Shown here one piece after another: positions 61,438 through 64,000 of a DNA stretch of 64,000 nucleotides (its first letter is position 1; the number at the start of each line of letters is the position of its first letter). Source of the DNA: an uncultured Alphaproteobacteria bacterium (GTDB taxonomy: Bacteria; Pseudomonadota; Alphaproteobacteria; Rhodobacterales; Rhodobacteraceae); the NCBI GenBank assembly GCA_902619165.1, contig CACNDI010000013.1, positions 1,843-65,842 of the forward strand, written 5' to 3'. The notes beneath the pieces were generated by a model, which saw only the letters and a program-made list of their open reading frames with translations, did not search any database and had not been told where the DNA came from. A program made the position numbers and the translations under genes.

Positions 61438-62876
61438 TTATGTATTAAACCAATATTAAGTCCAATAAGCTCAGACAGTTTTCCAGCAGTCAGGCCAGCG
61501 CCTTCCTCAGACAAAAAATGTTTGGCGCACTGAGTTTGTAAGTAAACAGCACTTCTAAAGGGTGTTTTGGATCCGGAGCTCCAAAGGCCTGCAATAATAC
61601 CTGCTAAAACATCACCCATTCCAGCAGTTCCTAACCATCCATTTGAATATAAATTGAGCCAGAGCTGCTTATCTTCTGAAACAAGGGTTCCAGGACCCTT
61701 TAATATCCATTCGCCTCCGTAATACTTCTTAAGCTTAATGATGTTGGACCATTTATCCGAGAAGTCATCTTTTAAAAGCTTTTTCATCTCACCAATATGA
61801 GGAGTTCCGACCCACGCCGCTGCTCTCTTTTTTGGCTTTTTTCTTGATAACCAATCCAAGCCGTCGGCATCTAGAATAATATTGAGATCAGTATTCCATA
61901 AAAATTCAATTTCTTTATCGAACCTCTCTCCTAGCCCTGGACCTATAATTGCAATACGCATATTTTTATTTAGAATTGATTGTATGTCATCAATACATGG
62001 TTCTATTTGTATCAGTTCTGGAGGCCTTTGCAGTTTGTCGGTATCTGAAGCCCAAAAGACTTTACCTGCCCCGGACCGTAAAGCGGAAATGCATGCCAAT
62101 ATTCCTGCACCCTCCATTGATTTAGAGCCGCCCAGACAAATTAATGATCCTCTTGAGCCTTTGTGAGCAGAGCGAGATAAAACAGGGAAATGAGTTTTCT
62201 CTCTCGAAATAGAGGTCATATCTGGATTATAGAAAGTTTTATTTATGCTTAAATCGTCAAAATAAAGATCGCCTACGTAATCAGATGCGTCATCAAAAAA
62301 TAGTCCAGGCTTTAAGGTAAGAAAGGAGATGGTAGTTGTTGCTTGAACTCTCTTATTAAAAATATTTCCTCTTGAACCGTGAAGGCCACTCGGAATATCT
62401 AGAGACAATATTTTCTTTGACTTTGTACATTGCAGATAATTCACAGCGCTTAGATAGTCGCCTGTAAGGTTTCTATTTAGACCTATACCAAATATGGCGT
62501 CAACATACCAATCAGCTTTTGGTATTTTCTTTGTATTATATTTCTCAATGTTGATTTCTAGATCAAGGCAGAGTCTGTAAGCTTGGGTCTCAAGACGATT
62601 TTTATAGTCAAGGTCAATTATATGAGTCTCAATGTTTTCAATTCTCAAAAGGGCTGCCAGGCAAAGCCCATCTTCACCGTTATTCCCTTTTCCTATAAAA
62701 ATAGTGACTGTTCTTGCATTTTCTTTAACAAGGAACTTTTTAGCTGCTTCAGCAGCTCTTAGCATAAGCAAGATCGGCTTCGCAAATTTTTCACAGACCT
62801 TGCAATCAATTAGTTTAGATTTTTTGGATCCGAACAATCTAAAAGAAAAATCAGTGTCCAGTATCGATTTTTGCAT
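61431..62876 (-). CDS. nnr: bifunctional NAD(P)H-hydrate repair enzyme (epimerase / ADP-dependent dehydratase)
   Basis: N-terminal YjeF_N (GKGNNGEDGL) and a C-terminal carbohydrate-kinase domain (GGSKSMEGAGILA, GPGLG, GTAGMGDVLAGIIAGL). Confidence 0.9.
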   Translation of the reverse strand: MQKSILDTDFSFRLFGSKKSKLIDCKVCEKFAKPILLMLRAAEAAKKFLVKENARTVTIFIGKGNNGEDGLCLAALLRIENIETHIIDLDYKNRLETQAYRLCLDLEINIEKYNTKKIPKADWYVDAIFGIGLNRNLTGDYLSAVNYLQCTKSKKILSLDIPSGLHGSRGNIFNKRVQATTTISFLTLKPGLFFDDASDYVGDLYFDDLSINKTFYNPDMTSISREKTHFPVLSRSAHKGSRGSLICLGGSKSMEGAGILACISALRSGAGKVFWASDTDKLQRPPELIQIEPCIDDIQSILNKNMRIAIIGPGLGERFDKEIEFLWNTDLNIILDADGLDWLSRKKPKKRAAAWVGTPHIGEMKKLLKDDFSDKWSNIIKLKKYYGGEWILKGPGTLVSEDKQLWLNLYSNGWLGTAGMGDVLAGIIAGLWSSGSKTPFRSAVYLQTQCAKHFLSEEGAGLTAGKLSELIGLNIGLIHKA

Positions 62877-62928
62877 TATAAAGTTATATATCGTACTTAG
62901 GCTTTAATAAATAAAATTGTTACCATAT

Positions 62929-63807
62929 ATGGAAAGAATTAGAGTACAAACGGCAAGGGGTGATATTTCAACTTGCTTTTGGAAAGGACCAAAAGAAGGG
63001 CCAGTACTGCACTGGGCCCACGCAAATGGCTTTAATGGGCAAACGTACAGCAGAATTCTAAATAAGTTAACGTCCAAATATAATATATATGCTTGGGATA
63101 CACCTGGGTACGGAATGTCCGAGACAGGGAGTTACTATGATGCAGTCAACCCAGTTTTAGGATATTCAAAAGATTTAGCTGCCTTGATAACAGAACTTTA
63201 CAAGAAACATAAAAGCAAAATAGTTCTGGGCGGACACTCTATTGGTGGATCATTAAGTATAATGGCAAGCAAACACTTGAATGATAAAGTTAATGGTTTA
63301 GTTTTAGCGGACCCAGTTGTGATTAACTATTATTACAAATATTTTACAAAATTCTTTGGTCCGCTTGGCTATGATAGCAATACTGTAAAACTTTATCGTC
63401 AGGCCTTAAAAAAGAGAAGCAAATGGAAAAGCTTTGATGAAGTATTGAAATCCTACACAAATAGAGGAATTTTTAAAACATGGAAGGAAGGGTTTTTGTA
63501 TGATTATTTAATAGGTGGAACAAAGAAAGATAAAAATGGCGTACATTTGTCCTGTAACCCTGAAACCGAGGCTGCAAGTTTCATAAATACTGAGAAAATT
63601 ACTACACCCAATATTGTTAGAAATATAAATGTACCAACGTTGCTACTGATCGCTGAGTTTGGGAGCACAACGGCTTCAATTAGTTCATTTAAAAAGCTTA
63701 AGCATTTAAAACAAGTCGAAAAAATAAGGGGAGGTAGTCACTTTTTCCCTATGGAGCAACCGGATAAGCTTATCTGTCTTATTAAAGGCTTTAAATCCTA
63801 TTCGTAA
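62929..63807 (+). CDS. alpha/beta hydrolase fold protein
   Basis: Nucleophile elbow LGGHSIGGSL and a C-terminal GGSHFFPMEQPD. The start is ATG 62929 or TTG 62917. Confidence 0.7.
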   Translation: MERIRVQTARGDISTCFWKGPKEGPVLHWAHANGFNGQTYSRILNKLTSKYNIYAWDTPGYGMSETGSYYDAVNPVLGYSKDLAALITELYKKHKSKIVLGGHSIGGSLSIMASKHLNDKVNGLVLADPVVINYYYKYFTKFFGPLGYDSNTVKLYRQALKKRSKWKSFDEVLKSYTNRGIFKTWKEGFLYDYLIGGTKKDKNGVHLSCNPETEAASFINTEKITTPNIVRNINVPTLLLIAEFGSTTASISSFKKLKHLKQVEKIRGGSHFFPMEQPDKLICLIKGFKSYS

Positions 63808-63844
63808 GTATTATACTTAACGCATTGCAAAGGTAGGATATAAA

Positions 63845-64000
63845 ATGAATAAATTAGAAGTTGCCGATCAAAACCAAAACCAAAACCAATACCAATCAAA
63901 TTATTTTTCTATTGAGTTTCTCGGGCATGTTGCTCACATAAAGCTTAACAGGCCGGAAAAAAGGAATGCCATGAACTGGGATTTTTGGAGAGATCTACCG
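63845..64000 (+). CDS. enoyl-CoA hydratase/isomerase (crotonase) family protein, 5' part only (runs off the window)
   Basis: Own translation gives MNKLEVADQNQNQNQYQSNYFSIEFLGHVAHIKLNRPEKRNAMNWDFWRDLP. LNRPEKRNAMN is the crotonase N-terminal signature. Confidence 0.7.
   Translation, partial: MNKLEVADQNQNQNQYQSNYFSIEFLGHVAHIKLNRPEKRNAMNWDFWRDLP
63869..63898 (+). repeat. in-frame hexanucleotide microsatellite (CAAAAC)x3 plus two degenerate units
   Basis: CAAAAC CAAAAC CAAAAC CAATAC CAATCA encodes QNQNQNQYQS near the N-terminus of the crotonase-family gene. Confidence 0.8.

Noticed and set aside
1-64000. CRISPR arrays, insertion sequences, integrases, prophage genes, toxin-antitoxin or defence islands, and tRNA/rRNA genes
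   Set aside because: I saw no spaced direct repeats, no transposase/integrase/recombinase-like ORF, and no tRNA-like T-arm (GGTTCGAATCC-type) sequence outside coding context. Every ORF over 100 aa in the track is either an assigned housekeeping gene or an antisense shadow.

Overview
This is a very gene-dense, AT-rich stretch that reads as core chromosome of a streamlined alphaproteobacterium. A SAR11/Pelagibacterales-like origin is my inference from gene content and order, not a database result. I can support about 62 protein genes. I found no rRNA or tRNA genes, no CRISPR array, and no transposase, integrase or phage genes. Many adjacent genes share or overlap stop and start codons. Gene content by region:
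- Left part: ahcY, a thioredoxin/LON-domain/Trm112 cluster, rsmB-heparinase-like-purH, rimP-nusA-ylxR-infB running straight into hslVU, then smr, a Tim44-like gene and secB.
- Centre: the classical alphaproteobacterial origin neighbourhood, with dnaQ-coaE-aroE diverging from hemE-rho-mnmE-mnmG-rsmG-parA-parB. It has a 284-nt gap of about 21% GC and two consensus parS palindromes.
- Right part: hemW-rdgB-rph, grpE, mutS, dnaJ-dnaK, cysQ, ptsN-lptBAC, gltBD, cell-wall genes (mtgA, two L,D-transpeptidases and a CAP-domain lipoprotein), queG, rlmN, leuCDB, nnr and a few poorly characterised genes.
I did not find a defensible novel multi-gene system; this looks like ordinary housekeeping DNA. The observations most worth a second look are:
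1. mutS is split by a single extra base in an A7 tract.
2. The parA P-loop is encoded upstream of any canonical start codon, and an ATC codon with an ideal Shine-Dalgarno is the best candidate start.
3. The aroE|hemE gap is a candidate oriC, with parS sites that overlap the mnmG start codon and the rsmG VSRET motif.
4. Regulators are absent from otherwise conserved neighbourhoods: rpoN-hpf between lptB and ptsN, and hrcA between rph and grpE.
5. A 59-codon DUF1674/SDHAF4-like gene is missing from the ORF track.
6. A 208-aa uncharacterised protein shows an apparent internal duplication.
All coordinates come from hand indexing of the printed sequence.
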